From Cyanobacteria bacterium P01_A01_bin.123 (lineage in GTDB: Bacteria > Cyanobacteriota > Cyanobacteriia > Phormidesmidales > Phormidesmidaceae), in the NCBI GenBank assembly GCA_039815185.1, contig JBCBZT010000033.1, positions 27,838 through 91,837 on the forward strand: 64,000 nt of DNA, read 5' to 3'. The translations under genes and the position numbers were made by a program. Positions 63,474-64,000 of the stretch are shown here, one piece after another (position 1 is the stretch's first letter; every line of letters starts with the position of its first letter). The notes below the pieces were generated by a model. That model saw only the letters and a list, made by a program, of their open reading frames with translations, did not search any database and was not told the DNA's origin.

Positions 63474-63548
63474 TGCCCCATAGCTCAATGGTGGAGCTGG
63501 CGGCTGTTAACCGCACGGTTGTAGGTTCGAATCCTACTGGGGCAGCCA
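63474..63548 (+). tRNA. trnN: tRNA-Asn(GTT)
   Basis: TGCCCCA/TGGGGCA-G-CCA, loop CTGTTAA. Confidence 0.88.
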
Positions 63549-63553
63549 TTCAT

Positions 63554-63630
63554 TGCCGAGTGGACAACCTGGAAAGTCGCTGTGACTCTGAATCACGGAG
63601 ATGCTGGTTCAATTCCAGCCTCGGCATCCA
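63554..63630 (+). tRNA. trnQ: tRNA-Gln(CTG)
   Basis: TGCCGAG/CTCGGCA-T-CCA, loop CTCTGAA. Confidence 0.85.
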
Positions 63631-63637
63631 TCTTTAT

Positions 63638-63711
63638 TGGGAAGTACGCAAATCGGGAAAGCGACCTGACTTTGAATCAGGTGTTTGAGGGTTCGATTCC
63701 TTCCTTCCCAG
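63638..63711 (+). tRNA. trnQ: tRNA-Gln(TTG)
   Basis: TGGGAAG/CTTCCCA-G, CCTGA-CTTTGAA-TCAGG. Confidence 0.87.
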
Positions 63712-63763
63712 TCGGGGGCGTGGGTGTTGCTTATTGGAGCAATCGCCCTATCCTCCTGTTCAT

Positions 63764-63841
63764 ACTCCTGTAGCCCAACTGGCAGAGGCGACTATTTCAA
63801 ACACAGTTCACGTGTGGGTTCAACTCCCACCAGGAGTACCA
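63764..63841 (+). tRNA. trnL: tRNA-Leu(CAA), short variable arm
   Basis: ACTCCTG/CAGGAGT-A-CCA, loop TTCAAAC. Confidence 0.78.
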
Positions 63842-63846
63842 AGCAA

Positions 63847-63921
63847 ACTCCTGTAGCCCAACTGGCAGAGGCGGCTGTCTTAGAAACAGTCCATGTGTGG
63901 GTTCGACTCCCACCAGGAGTA
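63847..63921 (+). tRNA. trnL: tRNA-Leu(TAG), short variable arm
   Basis: ACTCCTG/CAGGAGT-A, GCTGT-CTTAGAA-ACAGT. Confidence 0.82.
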
Positions 63922-63926
63922 CTTAT

Positions 63927-63999
63927 CGGGATGTAAGTCAGTGGTCAGACGGCTTGTTTTGGGGACAAGCAGCCGTAGGTTCGAATCCTACCATCCCGA
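63927..63999 (+). tRNA. trnP: tRNA-Pro(TGG)
   Basis: CGGGATG/CATCCCG-A, CTTGT-TTTGGGG-ACAAG. Confidence 0.88.
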
Positions 64000-64000
64000 C

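Noticed and set aside
62449..63936. ORFs overlapping the tRNA array
   Set aside because: Spurious translations of tRNA genes

Overview
This is cyanobacterial DNA (the HIP1 octamer GCGATCGC is abundant), most likely from a filamentous Leptolyngbya/Nodosilinea/Halomicronema-like organism; the taxon is an inference. The window has three blocks. (1) 385-32000, minus strand: an apparently complete extracellular contractile injection system (eCIS, Afp/PVC-like). It has a DUF4255 cap, two sheaths, two tubes, a LysM hub, a split VgrG, gp25, baseplate J, fibre-like genes, a tape measure, an AAA+ ATPase and a DUF4157 effector. A membrane-anchored protein sits where a PAAR tip gene is usually found. (2) About 32600-59850: an IS-bracketed secretion/signalling island with a CHAT-TPR protease, two TpsA haemagglutinins, TpsB, an RTX serine protease, DUF4388, a CHASE2 kinase, DUF928, a Ser/Thr kinase and a NarL-type regulator. 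(3) About 60480-64000: a translation-stress module resembling the Anabaena PCC 7120 trn operon. It has shared TGTAGTAT operators, a leader-peptide attenuator, an HNH gene, an alr0857-like gene with an internal stop, boxA and a tRNA array that runs off the window. The most striking array members are an 83-nt stand-alone tmRNA tRNA-like domain with no mRNA domain and a 193-nt tRNA-mimic RNA. All family calls come from reading motifs by eye; no searches were run.
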